Shown: positions 1 through 10,825, numbered from the stretch's first letter. The stretch is DNA of 24,000 nt from Pseudoduganella rivuli (GCF_009674485.1 NZ_WKJJ01000004.1:215076-239075), one strand, 5' to 3'. Numbers and translations: made by a program. Notes: a model not told the origin generated them from the sequence alone.

Positions 1-15
1 GAGTACCTGAAATCG

Positions 16-1314
16 GTGCCGCCCAACTTCGGCAACGAAGACCTCGATGCGTCGCGCTATACGTCGCGTGATTTCCACCGCCTCGAAGCGCAGCGCCTGT
101 GGCCGAAAACCTGGCAATTCGTGGTGCGCGAAGAGGAAATTCCCAAGCCCGGCGACCATGTCCTGTACGACATCATCGACAAGTCGATCATCGTCATGCG
201 CGGCGACGATGGCGTGATCCGCGGCTTCTATAACTCGTGCCTGCACCGCGGACGCGCGCTGCGCACCCAGAACGGCTGCGCCGGGCAACTGAAGTGTCCG
301 TTCCACGGTTTCACGTGGGATCTGCAAGGCCGCTTCAAGAGCAAACCCTGTGAATGGGACTTCCAGCATGTCGACAACGCCAAGATGGAATTGCCGCAGG
401 TGCGCTGCGAGAGCTGGGGCGGTTTTGTCTTCATTCACTTCGACTTGGATGCGCCGCCGCTGATCGAGTTCCTGGGCGTGCTGCCCGACCATTTTAAAAA
501 TTACATGATGGACCGTTCGTGCTCGATCGCCCACGTGCAGCGGCGCCTGGCCTGCAACTGGAAAGTCGGGCAGGAAGCCTTTTTTGAAGCGATGCACACC
601 AAGGCCACCCATCCCGGCATCATGACGTTCACGTCCGACGTCGACAGCCAGTACGACGTGTTTGACGACCATATCGCACGCGCCATCACGCCGATGGGGG
701 TGCCGAGCGCGAACCTGTCCGGCGTCGACCAGGCCACGGTGATGCGCGACATGCTGATCCTGTCGGGCCGCATGTCCAGTACCGACGGCGACGGCCACGT
801 GCTGCCCGAAGGCGTCACCGCGCGCCAGTATGTCGGTGAACTCAACCGGCAAATGTTTTCCGCGATTTCCGGCCAGGACCTGTCGCAAGCCACGCTGGCC
901 GAACTGGAAGACGCGATCCTGTATTCGGTATTCCCGAATTTCCAGGTCTGGTCCGGCTACTTCGGCAACATTGTCTACCGCTTCATCCCCGACGGCGACG
1001 ACCACGAGCACTGCCTGTTCGACGTGTATCTGCTGGGACGCTATCCGGAAGGCGCCGCCTGCCCGCCGGCCGCGCCGCTGCGCCGCCTGGGCGACGACGA
1101 GACCTTTGACAAGGCGCCCGAGATCGGCGCGCTGGGCGACGTGTTCGAAGAAGACATGCGCAACCTGCCGCACATGATGAAGGGGCTCAAGGCGTCCAGG
1201 AGCGGCAAGCTGAAACTGGCCAGCTACCAGGAGAGCCGCATCCGCCACCACCACCTGACGCTCGACAAGTATCTCGGCCTTGGTAACCAGAACGCCGGTA
1301 AGGAGGCCAAGTGA
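16..1314 (+). CDS. Rieske [2Fe-2S] non-heme-iron oxygenase, catalytic alpha subunit (start uncertain; frame is open to the window edge)
   Basis: Rieske motif C75-L-H77 ... C94-P-F-H97 (CLHRGRAL...CPFHGFTW). Mononuclear-iron motif NWK...EAFFEAMHTKATH (H-x4-H). No adjacent beta subunit, so it is a class-IA-like alpha-only enzyme. Codons 1-15 upstream of the GTG are in frame with no stop. Confidence 0.9.
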   Translation: MPPNFGNEDLDASRYTSRDFHRLEAQRLWPKTWQFVVREEEIPKPGDHVLYDIIDKSIIVMRGDDGVIRGFYNSCLHRGRALRTQNGCAGQLKCPFHGFTWDLQGRFKSKPCEWDFQHVDNAKMELPQVRCESWGGFVFIHFDLDAPPLIEFLGVLPDHFKNYMMDRSCSIAHVQRRLACNWKVGQEAFFEAMHTKATHPGIMTFTSDVDSQYDVFDDHIARAITPMGVPSANLSGVDQATVMRDMLILSGRMSSTDGDGHVLPEGVTARQYVGELNRQMFSAISGQDLSQATLAELEDAILYSVFPNFQVWSGYFGNIVYRFIPDGDDHEHCLFDVYLLGRYPEGAACPPAAPLRRLGDDETFDKAPEIGALGDVFEEDMRNLPHMMKGLKASRSGKLKLASYQESRIRHHHLTLDKYLGLGNQNAGKEAK

Positions 1315-2327
1315 GCGGCAATATCGAATGGCGTTTGCGCGCGCGGCCCCAGGGCGAAGTCACGCGCGAAGACTTCGACGTCCGCAGCGCCGCGCGCCCA
1401 ATGCCCGGCCCGGGGCAGGCGCTGGTGCGCAACATCTATTTGTTCGTGCCGCCGTCGATGCGCCTGTGGATGGATGAAAAGGAGAGCTACCTGCCGCCGC
1501 AGCCGCTGGGCGAGGTGATGACCGGCATCACGCTGGGCGTGGTGGAAGCGTCGAACCATCCGGCGCTGGCGGTTGGGACCTATGTGAACGGCATGGGCGG
1601 CTGCCAGCAATGGTACGTGGCGCCGGCCGAACGGCTGCAGTCGGTGACGGCGCACCCCGGCCTGCCGCTGGCCGCCTACCGCACGGTGCTCGATGTGCAG
1701 GGTCTGACCGCCTATTGCGGGCTGACGGAAATCTGCCGGCCGCAGGCCGGCGAGACGCTGGTGGTGACGGCGGCCGCCGGCAGTGTCGGCTCGCTGGTGT
1801 GCCAGATCGGCAAGAAGCTGGGATTGCGCGTGGTCGGCGTGGCCGGCGGGCCGGATAAATGCGGCTGGCTGCTCGATCAGTGCGGGGTCGACGCGGCCAT
1901 CGATTACAAGGCTGATGATGTCGGCCGGCGCCTTGATGAAGCCTGTCCGGACGGCGTGGACATACTGTTCGAGAACGTCGGCGGCCCGGTGCTGGACCAG
2001 GTGCTCGACCGTATCAACCGGCGTGCCCGGATCGCGCTGTGCGGCCTGGTGTCGAGCTACAACGGCGGCGGGACGCAGCGCAGCAGTGCCCTGATGCAAT
2101 TGGTCAACAAGAGCGCCCGCATGGAAGGCTTCCTGCTCACCGACCATTACAGCCGCTATGCCGAAGTGGTCCAGATGCTGGAACAGTGGATCCTGGACGG
2201 CAGCATCCGCTACCAGATCGACATACTCGACGGCCTGGAACGATTGCCTGAAGCGATGGGCAGGGTGTTCCACGGCCGCAACCGCGGCGCACAGTTGCTG
2301 CGCCTGTCACCCGAGGAAAAAGCATGA
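1311..2327 (+). CDS. NADP-dependent oxidoreductase of the medium-chain reductase family (YncB/CurA/alkenal-one reductase-like)
   Basis: GTG start overlaps the upstream stop (GTGA) and is preceded by AAGGAGG. Nucleotide-binding stretch AAAGSVGSLVCQIGKKLGLRVVGVAGG and the overall pattern (VRNIYLFVPPSMRLWM...) are typical of zinc-independent MDR enone reductases. Confidence 0.85.
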   Translation: MSGNIEWRLRARPQGEVTREDFDVRSAARPMPGPGQALVRNIYLFVPPSMRLWMDEKESYLPPQPLGEVMTGITLGVVEASNHPALAVGTYVNGMGGCQQWYVAPAERLQSVTAHPGLPLAAYRTVLDVQGLTAYCGLTEICRPQAGETLVVTAAAGSVGSLVCQIGKKLGLRVVGVAGGPDKCGWLLDQCGVDAAIDYKADDVGRRLDEACPDGVDILFENVGGPVLDQVLDRINRRARIALCGLVSSYNGGGTQRSSALMQLVNKSARMEGFLLTDHYSRYAEVVQMLEQWILDGSIRYQIDILDGLERLPEAMGRVFHGRNRGAQLLRLSPEEKA

Positions 2328-3514
2328 CTGAAGACATACAAGCCCGGGCCGAGCGCCTGCGCCAGGACATCCGCCGGTTTTGCCGCGATTTGCCGGCGGA
2401 CCTGCGCAGCAAGTCGCAGCGGCACCAGGTGCTGGACAAGGACGATTATTTACAGTGGATGCGCCTGCTGCAGGCGCAGGGCTGGGCGGTGGGCCACTGG
2501 CCGCGCGAACATGGCGGCCTGGCCTGGTCGCCGCTGGAGCGCTTTGTCTTCGAAGACGAACTGGCGCGCCATGGCTGCCCGTGGGTGATTCCGTTCGGCG
2601 TGAAATACGTCGGGCCGGTGATCTATGCCTTCGGGTCGGCGGCGCAACAGCAGCGCTTCCTGCCGAAAATCGTCAACAATGAAGAGTTTTGGGCGCAGGG
2701 TTATTCGGAACCGGAAGCCGGTTCCGACCTGGCCGCGCTGCGCACCACCGCCGTGCGCGATGGCGACCATTACATCGTCAACGGCCAGAAGGTCTGGACC
2801 ACGTACGCGCACTGGGCCGACTGGCTGTTCTGCCTGGTCCGCACCGGCCGCGAGGCACGCCCGCAAGACAGCATTTCCTTCCTGCTGATCGACATGAAGA
2901 GCCCGGGCGTGACGGTCAAGGAAATCCGCACCATGGACGGCTACCACCATGTCAACGAAGTGTGGCTGGAAGACGTGCGGGTACCCGTCGCGAACCTGGT
3001 GGGCGAGGAGGGCGGCGGCTGGACCTACGCCAAGTACCTGCTGAAAAATGAACGCACGGCCGGCGCCAGCATCGGCATGGCGTGGCACGCGCTGCACCGC
3101 CTGCGCGAGCTGGCGCAGGAACAGGGGCCCGACGGCGGGCGGCCGATCGACAGTCCGCTGCTGAGCAACCGCATCGGCTCGCTGGAATTGCGCTATCTGG
3201 CGCTGGAAAAGGCCGCTTACCGCGCGGTCGGCGCCATGATGGACGGTACCGAGAACGGCGGCGAAGCGTCGCTGATCAAGCTGCGCGGCACCGAGCTGTA
3301 CCAGGATATCGCCGAGAGCCTGGTCGACCTGCTGGGCGCGGCGGGCATCGCCTACGACCCGGCCGCGCTGCACAGCGCCGGGCTGCCGCCGCTTGGGCCG
3401 GACGATGCCGGCGGCATCATCAAAGACCACTTCTACAATCGCGCGGCGACGGTTTTCGGCGGCTCGTCGGAAATCCAGCGCAACATCATCGCGAAGGCTG
3501 TGCTGGGACTATGA
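2324..3514 (+). CDS. acyl-CoA dehydrogenase (catalytic-Glu-containing subunit)
   Basis: ATGA overlap with the upstream gene. ACAD-like middle and C-terminal regions (WAQGYSEPEAGSDLAAL, DGDHYIVNGQKVWTT). C-terminal FGGSSEIQRNII carries the catalytic Glu (GAA at 3470-3472). Confidence 0.9.
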   Translation: MTEDIQARAERLRQDIRRFCRDLPADLRSKSQRHQVLDKDDYLQWMRLLQAQGWAVGHWPREHGGLAWSPLERFVFEDELARHGCPWVIPFGVKYVGPVIYAFGSAAQQQRFLPKIVNNEEFWAQGYSEPEAGSDLAALRTTAVRDGDHYIVNGQKVWTTYAHWADWLFCLVRTGREARPQDSISFLLIDMKSPGVTVKEIRTMDGYHHVNEVWLEDVRVPVANLVGEEGGGWTYAKYLLKNERTAGASIGMAWHALHRLRELAQEQGPDGGRPIDSPLLSNRIGSLELRYLALEKAAYRAVGAMMDGTENGGEASLIKLRGTELYQDIAESLVDLLGAAGIAYDPAALHSAGLPPLGPDDAGGIIKDHFYNRAATVFGGSSEIQRNIIAKAVLGL

Positions 3515-4623
3515 GTACCGACCACGACACCATTTCCATGCTGCGCGACGCCGTGCAGCGCTATACCAATGACCATTACGGCTTTCTCGACCGCGCCGGC
3601 GTGCTTGGGCGCGCGCCCGGTTTCAGTCCCCGGGCCTGGCGCGATTACGCCGATTTCGGCTGGCTGGCATTGCGCCTGCCGGAAGACGACGGCGGCATCG
3701 ACGCCGATGCCGCCGCGATCGGCGTGCTGATGGAAGCGGCCGGCAGGCGTTTGCTGCTCGAGCCGCTGCTGGCCAGCGCGGTGCTGGGCACCGGCCTGCT
3801 GCTGCGGACGGGCAGCGCCGCGCAGCGCCAGGCGTGGCTGCCGCAACTGGCCGACGGTTCGGTTAAACTCGCGTTCGCCCATCAGGACGATGCCAACGCT
3901 CCCTGCGTGTGGCGCGACGGGTTGCTGGACGGCGTCAAGACCGGCGTGCTGCACGGCGATGTCGCCGACCGCGTGATCGTCGCGGCGCGCAACCCGGCAG
4001 GCGACGCGGTGCTGTGCATGGTGGCCGCCGGCGACCTGGCGGCCAGCAGCTACCGCCTGGTCGATGGCCGTGGCGCCGCCAACCTGCGTTTCGACGGCGC
4101 CCGGGCTGAAATGCTGGGCCAGCCCGGCCAGCCGGCGCAAGACGCGATAGCCCTGGCGCTCGACGAGGCGGCGGTGGCGCTGTGCGCGGAAGCGTATGGG
4201 GTGATTGCCAGCCTGGTGGCCATCAGCGGCGCCTACCTGAAAATGCGCAAGCAGTTCGGCAAGCCGATCGGGACCAACCAAGCCTTGCAGCACCGCATGG
4301 TCGACATGTATTTGCTTCAGGAGGAAAGCCGCGCGCTGGTCAATGCCGCGCAACAGGTGCTGGCGCTGCCGCGGGCCGAACGCGAACGCGTCGTCAGCGG
4401 CGCGCGCGCCTATGTTGGCGCGGCCGTGCGGCGGGTGGCCAACGAGGCCGTGCAGATGCACGGCGGGCTCGGTATCACCGAGGAACTCGATGTCAGCCAT
4501 TATTTCAGACGTGCGATGACGATCGACAGCCTGTTTGGCGGCCGCGACCTGCACATGGCGCGCTTTACCGCACATAGCCTGACGGCGGATCAACCGGGAG
4601 AACAGCCATGCGTACCGATGTAA
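3511..4623 (+). CDS. acyl-CoA dehydrogenase family protein, probable non-catalytic partner subunit
   Basis: Start taken at ATG 3511 (ATGA overlap with the upstream stop), not at the 3082 ORF start. ACAD C-terminal helical region is present (QMHGGLGITEE...). The position equivalent to the catalytic Glu reads FGGRDLHM, with no Glu. Confidence 0.8.
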   Translation: MSTDHDTISMLRDAVQRYTNDHYGFLDRAGVLGRAPGFSPRAWRDYADFGWLALRLPEDDGGIDADAAAIGVLMEAAGRRLLLEPLLASAVLGTGLLLRTGSAAQRQAWLPQLADGSVKLAFAHQDDANAPCVWRDGLLDGVKTGVLHGDVADRVIVAARNPAGDAVLCMVAAGDLAASSYRLVDGRGAANLRFDGARAEMLGQPGQPAQDAIALALDEAAVALCAEAYGVIASLVAISGAYLKMRKQFGKPIGTNQALQHRMVDMYLLQEESRALVNAAQQVLALPRAERERVVSGARAYVGAAVRRVANEAVQMHGGLGITEELDVSHYFRRAMTIDSLFGGRDLHMARFTAHSLTADQPGEQPCVPM

Positions 4624-6260
4624 GCGGCTGGCAAGTGCGCCTCGACGACGCGCTGATCGCCGGCCACGTGAACAGCGGCGCATGGCGCAACCGGACCATC
4701 GGCGAGATGGCGCGCGAGATGGCGGAACGCGATCCAGAGCGCGTCACGCACGTGTTCGAAGGGCGCGCCTGGACCATCGCCGAACTGGTGCGCGACGCCG
4801 ATGCGCTGGCGGGCAGCCTGCGCGCGAAGGGCTTGCGGCCCGGCGACGTGGTCAGCTTCCAGTTGCCGAACTGGGTGGAGGCGCTTGTGATCGATATCGC
4901 CGCCGCCATGCTGGGCCTGGTGGTGGCGCCGATCGTGCCGATCTACCGCGACGCGGAACTGGCTTACATGCTGGCCGATGCCGGCGTCAAGGCCGCGTTC
5001 GTGCCGGGGGAATACCGGGGCGTCGACTACATGGCGATGATGCGCCGCCTGGCGCCGCAATTGCCAGCGCTGCAAATGATCTGTCCGGTGCGCATGGCGC
5101 CGGACCAACGCGATGCCTGCAGTTACGAAGTCCTGACCGCCGCGGGCAACCGGCTGGGCAGCGCGCCGGCGGTCGATCCGAACGCCGTCAAACTGATTTT
5201 ATATACGTCGGGCACCACCGGGCGGCCCAAGGGCGTGCTGCATTCGCATAACAGCATGGAATACGCGGTGCGCCGCGCGATCGAACACTGGGGGCAGGAC
5301 GAGGGCGACACCATGCTGATGGCGTCCCCGGTGACGCACATCACCGGTTACGGGTCCGGGCTGGAGTTGCCGATCCAGTCGGGCATGCGCGCCGTGTTCA
5401 TGGAACGGTGGAATGCCGCCGAAGGCGTGGCGCTGATCGAGCGCGAACAGGTCACCATGAGCATGGGGGCGACGCCATTCCTGCAAGAGCTGCTGGCCGA
5501 AGCGGCGCTACAGGGCAAACGCCTGCCGTCGCTGCGCAGCTATGCCTGCGGCGGCGCCGCCGTGCCGCCCGCGCTGATCCGCAAGGCGCGTGAAGTGTTC
5601 GAGAACTGCAAGGCGTTCCGGGTATTCGGGGCCAGCGAAGTGCCGCTGACGACGCTGGGCTTCGTCGGCGACGGCCAGGTCGATCTGGCCGCCGAGACCG
5701 ACGGCGAAATCGTCCATTACGCCGTGCGCGTGGTGGACGACGATGGCCGCGAGGTGCCCGACGGCGTCGAAGGCGAAATCTGCGCGCGTGGACCGGCCAT
5801 GATGCTGGGCTATGCCGATCCGCAGCAAACCCTGGACAGTTTCGACGACGACGGCTTCTTCCACACCGGCGACCTGGGGCACGTGACGCCGCAGCGGGCC
5901 ATCGTCATCACCGGCCGCAAGAAGGACTTGATCAACCGCGGCGGCGAAAAGATCAGCGCCAAGGAAGTCGAAGACATCCTGCACCGGCATCCCGCCATCG
6001 ACGAGGCGGCGGTCGTCGCCATGCCGCACGAACGGCTGGGCGAGACGGTGTGCGCCTTCGTCACGCTTAAGGCGGGCAAGATGCTCGACTTTGCGCAACT
6101 GGTCGCCCATGTCGGCGCGTGCGGCGTGGCAAGGCAAAAATATCCCGAGCGCCTGGTCGTGCTGGAAGCGCTGCCGCGCACGCCGACCGGCAAGATCCGC
6201 AAGGACCGCTTGCGCGAAATTATCCGTGAACGGCTGCTGGCCGAAAGGAGCGCGGCATGA
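4608..6260 (+). CDS. AMP-dependent acyl-CoA synthetase/ligase (ANL superfamily)
   Basis: AMP-binding signature LYTSGTTGRPKGV. Also has GDLG...GRKKDLINRGGEKIS and the C-terminal PRTPTGKIRK motif. Overlaps the upstream gene by 16 nt. Confidence 0.9.
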   Translation: MRTDVSGWQVRLDDALIAGHVNSGAWRNRTIGEMAREMAERDPERVTHVFEGRAWTIAELVRDADALAGSLRAKGLRPGDVVSFQLPNWVEALVIDIAAAMLGLVVAPIVPIYRDAELAYMLADAGVKAAFVPGEYRGVDYMAMMRRLAPQLPALQMICPVRMAPDQRDACSYEVLTAAGNRLGSAPAVDPNAVKLILYTSGTTGRPKGVLHSHNSMEYAVRRAIEHWGQDEGDTMLMASPVTHITGYGSGLELPIQSGMRAVFMERWNAAEGVALIEREQVTMSMGATPFLQELLAEAALQGKRLPSLRSYACGGAAVPPALIRKAREVFENCKAFRVFGASEVPLTTLGFVGDGQVDLAAETDGEIVHYAVRVVDDDGREVPDGVEGEICARGPAMMLGYADPQQTLDSFDDDGFFHTGDLGHVTPQRAIVITGRKKDLINRGGEKISAKEVEDILHRHPAIDEAAVVAMPHERLGETVCAFVTLKAGKMLDFAQLVAHVGACGVARQKYPERLVVLEALPRTPTGKIRKDRLREIIRERLLAERSAA

Positions 6261-7348
6261 ATGCGATGTTGAACCCGCCATTGATCGATACCGCGCCGCA
6301 GTTGCGCACGCCGGCTGACAGCGTGCCGCAGGACTGGCCGCGGCTGGCCGCGCACCTGGCGCAACACGGCATGGCATTGTCGCTGGCCGAGCCGCCGCGC
6401 CAGTTTTCAGGCGGCCTGGCCAACCTGAATTACCTGGTGCTGGTCGACGGCCGCGAGGCGGTGCTGCGCCGGCCGCCTCCCGGGGAATTGCCGCCCGGCG
6501 CCTTCGACATGGCGCGCGAATTCGGCATCCTGGCGCGTGTGTCGAAGGGCCTGGACCTGGCGCCCCGGCCTTTGTACCTGGGTGCCGATCCGGCCGTGCT
6601 GGGGGCGCCGTTCCAGATCATCGAATTCCGGCGCGGCTTTGCCGTGCGCGGCGCCATGCCGGACGCGCTGTCGGCGCTGCCGGACATCGGCGCCCGCCTG
6701 GGCGCGACCATGATCGACGTGCTGGCGAGGCTGCACGCGCTCGATACCGGGGCGCTTGGCCTGGGCGACCTGGGCCGGCCGCAGGGATTCCTGGAGCGGG
6801 CGGTGGAGGGCTGGAGCAAGCGCGCGTTGCTTGCCACCGAAGGGACCACATCGCCGCTGATCCCGGCGCTGAGCGCCTGGTTGCGCGCCAACCGGGTGCC
6901 GGACGGTCCGTTCGCGCTGCTGCATAACGACCTCAAACTCGACAATATCCTGCTCGATGGCGGCACGCTGGCGCCGGTCGCCGTGCTGGACTGGGACCAG
7001 TGCACACGCGGCGACGCGTTGTTCGACCTGGCCACCACGCTCAGTTACTGGACCGAGGCAGGCGACCCGCCCGCCATGCAGGCGCTGCGCCAGATGCCGA
7101 CCGCGCACCCCGGTTTTCCGACCCGCGAACAGGCGGCGCTGGCCTATGCGCGGGCGACCGGCCGTGACCTGTCGGACTTCCGTTTTTACCGCGTGCTGGC
7201 CATGTTCAAGCTGGCCGTGATTTTTCACCAACTTCATGCGCGCTACCGGCAAGGCGGGACCCAGGACCCGCGTTACGCGGCCTTCGGCACGCTGGCCGAC
7301 GGCATCCTCGAATTCACCCAAACCGTCGCCCAGGGCGACATTTTTTAA
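6257..7348 (+). CDS. phosphotransferase of the APH/ChoK kinase-like fold (ACAD10/11-associated or LvaA-like type)
   Basis: ATGA overlap with the ligase. Nucleotide loop QFSGGLANLNYLV, catalytic HNDLKLDN (HxDxxxxN) at about 6923-6946, and metal-binding LDWD at about 6986-6997. Confidence 0.85.
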   Translation: MNAMLNPPLIDTAPQLRTPADSVPQDWPRLAAHLAQHGMALSLAEPPRQFSGGLANLNYLVLVDGREAVLRRPPPGELPPGAFDMAREFGILARVSKGLDLAPRPLYLGADPAVLGAPFQIIEFRRGFAVRGAMPDALSALPDIGARLGATMIDVLARLHALDTGALGLGDLGRPQGFLERAVEGWSKRALLATEGTTSPLIPALSAWLRANRVPDGPFALLHNDLKLDNILLDGGTLAPVAVLDWDQCTRGDALFDLATTLSYWTEAGDPPAMQALRQMPTAHPGFPTREQAALAYARATGRDLSDFRFYRVLAMFKLAVIFHQLHARYRQGGTQDPRYAAFGTLADGILEFTQTVAQGDIF

Positions 7349-7351
7349 ACC

Positions 7352-8529
<1,178 letters not shown>

Positions 8530-8533
<4 letters not shown>

Positions 8534-9486
8534 CTGGACTGTCTGTCAAGGTTGCCAGGAGAACCGAGGAAGCGCTCGATATCGCCAGCTTCGAACTGGT
8601 CTCGCTGGACGGCGCGCCGCTGCCGCCATTTTCCGCCGGCGCCCATATCGACGTGCAGGTAAAAGAGGGCCTGGTGCGCCAGTATTCGCTGTGTAATGAC
8701 GCCCGGGAAACGCAGCGCTACGTGATCGGGGTGCTGCGCGATCCCAAGTCGCGCGGCGGCTCCGTCGCCATGCATGACGGCGTGCGTGAAGGCGATGTCC
8801 TGCGCATCAGCGCGCCGAAAAACCATTTTCCGCTGGCGCCGTCACGGCGCACACTGCTGTTCGCCGGCGGCATCGGTATCACGCCCATCCTGTGCATGGC
8901 CGAACAGCTGGCGCACAGCGGCGCGGATTTCGAACTGCATTACTGTACCCGTGAGCCAGCGCGCGCGGCGTTTCACGGGCGCCTCCTGGCGCCGCGGTTT
9001 GGCGCCAGCGTGCACCTTCACTTCGATTGCGGCGCGCCGGCGCAAAAGCTCGACTTGCCCACGCTGTTGGCAACGCCGGACCCGGACACGCACATCTATG
9101 TCTGCGGTCCGGGCGGCTTTATTGACCACGTGGTCAATAGCGGCAGGGCGCAGGGCTGGAACAGTGCGCAAGTCCACCTCGAGCATTTTTCCGCCAAGGC
9201 GCAGGACAAATCCGCCGACACGGCTTTCAATGTCAAAATCGCCAGCAGCGGCAAGACGTATTGCGTACCGGCCGGCAGGACGGTCGCCTCGGTGCTGGCC
9301 GACAACGGCGTCACAGTCCCGACCTCGTGCGAGGAAGGGGTGTGCGGCACCTGTATCACGCGCGTGCTCGATGGCGTGCCGGCCCACCGCGACGCGTATT
9401 TCACCGACGACGAGCGGGCCAGGAACGACCAGTTCACACCCTGCGTGTCACGCGCGCTGAGCAACTGCCTGGTGCTGGATTTGTAG
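8530..9486 (+). CDS. PDR/VanB-family oxidoreductase (flavin + NAD(P)H domains with a C-terminal plant-type [2Fe-2S] ferredoxin)
   Basis: Start taken at ATG 8530 (ATGA overlap). Flavin motif RQYSL, NAD motif GGIGITP, and cluster motif CEEGVCGTC...C. About 318 aa, the size of phthalate-dioxygenase-reductase-type partners of alpha-only Rieske oxygenases. Confidence 0.9.
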
Positions 9487-9539
9487 CAAGCGTTGGTGTT
9501 ACATTACCAGTACGGCACGCAGATGCCGGGGGAGGGGAT

Positions 9540-10313
9540 ATGGGAAACACGTGGGATGAACGCTTTCGCGAAAAGCTGTCGGCACAGACCAGCCTGAACT
9601 CGGCGGCGCTGCTGCTGGCGGAAACCGCCTCCGAACTTGGCTGGAACCTGGCCGCGTTCCAACTCGACCGTGAACAATTGGCGCTGCCGCGCTGCAGCGA
9701 CGGCCAGTTCATCGGCACTGCCATGGGCTGGCCGTCCGACTGCGTGCACGCGTGGGTCGAGCGGGAACTTGGCCGCGATTGCCCGGTGACGCAGCAGTGC
9801 GGCCGCACGGCCGACGCCATCGTGTGGGAGTGCGATCCGGCCGGCGTGGCCTGGCGCGGCCGCAAGCTCGGCCCCGGGCAAACCGAGGTGTTGCGGTACT
9901 ACCGCAATTACTTTGAAGGCGCGGTGACGGTGCCGGTGCACCGCCCGGGCGGAAAATCCGGCTACGTGACGTGGTGCATCAGCGACCGCGACCAGCTGCT
10001 GCAGCGGGCCCGCGAAACGTATGGCGCCACCTACCTGATTTCCCATGCCTTCATCCGCCATATCGACAGCCTCGACGCCCTGCGCCGCGAAGCGTTCAAT
10101 ACCGCCAACCCGAATGCGCTGACGGCGCGTGAAATCGAATGCCTGCACTGGGCGGCCTGTGGCAAGACCGAGGATGAAATCGCGCAGATCATCCAGCGCT
10201 CGCACGATACGGCGCGCTTCCACCTGCGCAATGCCGTGGCCAAGCTCAATGCGAGCAACCGCACGCATGCGGTGGCGATCGCCTGTTCGCGCGGCCTGAT
10301 CACGGTGCGCTAG
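9540..10313 (+). CDS. LuxR-family transcriptional regulator (autoinducer-binding-like N-domain + LuxR HTH); no luxI in the window
   Basis: Start taken at ATG 9540, preceded by GGGGAGGGG. C-terminal HTH is LTAREIECLHWAACGKTEDEIAQIIQRSHDTARFHLRNAVAKLNASNRTHAV. The N-domain has a WP..C...W........DCP stretch in place of the canonical YP..W...Y........DP. Confidence 0.85.
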   Translation: MGNTWDERFREKLSAQTSLNSAALLLAETASELGWNLAAFQLDREQLALPRCSDGQFIGTAMGWPSDCVHAWVERELGRDCPVTQQCGRTADAIVWECDPAGVAWRGRKLGPGQTEVLRYYRNYFEGAVTVPVHRPGGKSGYVTWCISDRDQLLQRARETYGATYLISHAFIRHIDSLDALRREAFNTANPNALTAREIECLHWAACGKTEDEIAQIIQRSHDTARFHLRNAVAKLNASNRTHAVAIACSRGLITVR

Positions 10314-10340
10314 GCGCAGTGGCAATCAGGCGGACGGCTT

Positions 10341-10646
10341 TCAGCTGTCCATGCCGCCCACCGAACTGACGCGGTATTTCTTGACGTCGAACCCCAGCAT
10401 GGTCATCGATTGCGTTTTTCGCAGGAAGTCCGTGATATGGGGCGACTTCAAATGGTCGAGCAGCGCCTGCTCGCTGGCCCATTCCTCGCTGATCAGGATC
10501 ACGTTGGACTCTTCGAGGTCGCGTCCGAACGCATAGTAATTGCAGCCGGCCTCCTTGCGGGTCGGCGCGATGATGGCCGCCGCGGCATCGCTGAAGGCGT
10601 CGGTGAACTCGGGGGCGAGGGTAATGCGGGCGGAAATGGCGATCAT
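10341..10646 (-). CDS. small ABM-domain (antibiotic-biosynthesis-monooxygenase / quinol-monooxygenase-like) protein
   Basis: 101 aa. The pattern IAISARITLAPE...KEAGCNYYAF...ESNVILISEEWASEQALLDHLKSPH is typical of the ferredoxin-like ABM fold (YgiN-like). Confidence 0.7.
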   Translation of the reverse strand: MIAISARITLAPEFTDAFSDAAAAIIAPTRKEAGCNYYAFGRDLEESNVILISEEWASEQALLDHLKSPHITDFLRKTQSMTMLGFDVKKYRVSSVGGMDS

Positions 10647-10825
10647 CGTTGTCTCTCTTTCTCAATGGTTCTTGATGTTATCTCGGGTGATGTTGGCCGG
10701 TGATGCGGCGAAATCATCTTAGCAAAACACCCCCCTGGCCGAGACCTCCCTAAAAGGGTAGTTGTGGCCAATCCGTGCTTGGTCGACACTCATCGACATA
10801 CAACGAGATCAATCACGGAGACACC
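10647..10825. promoter_or_regulatory. divergent intergenic region between the ABM gene and the second Rieske operon; contains three TGATG(T/C)(T/G) direct repeats
   Basis: A 179-bp non-coding gap between divergently oriented genes. TGATGTT at 10673-10679 and 10688-10694, TGATGCG at 10701-10707. GGAG lies 6 nt upstream of ATG 10826. Confidence 0.3.
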
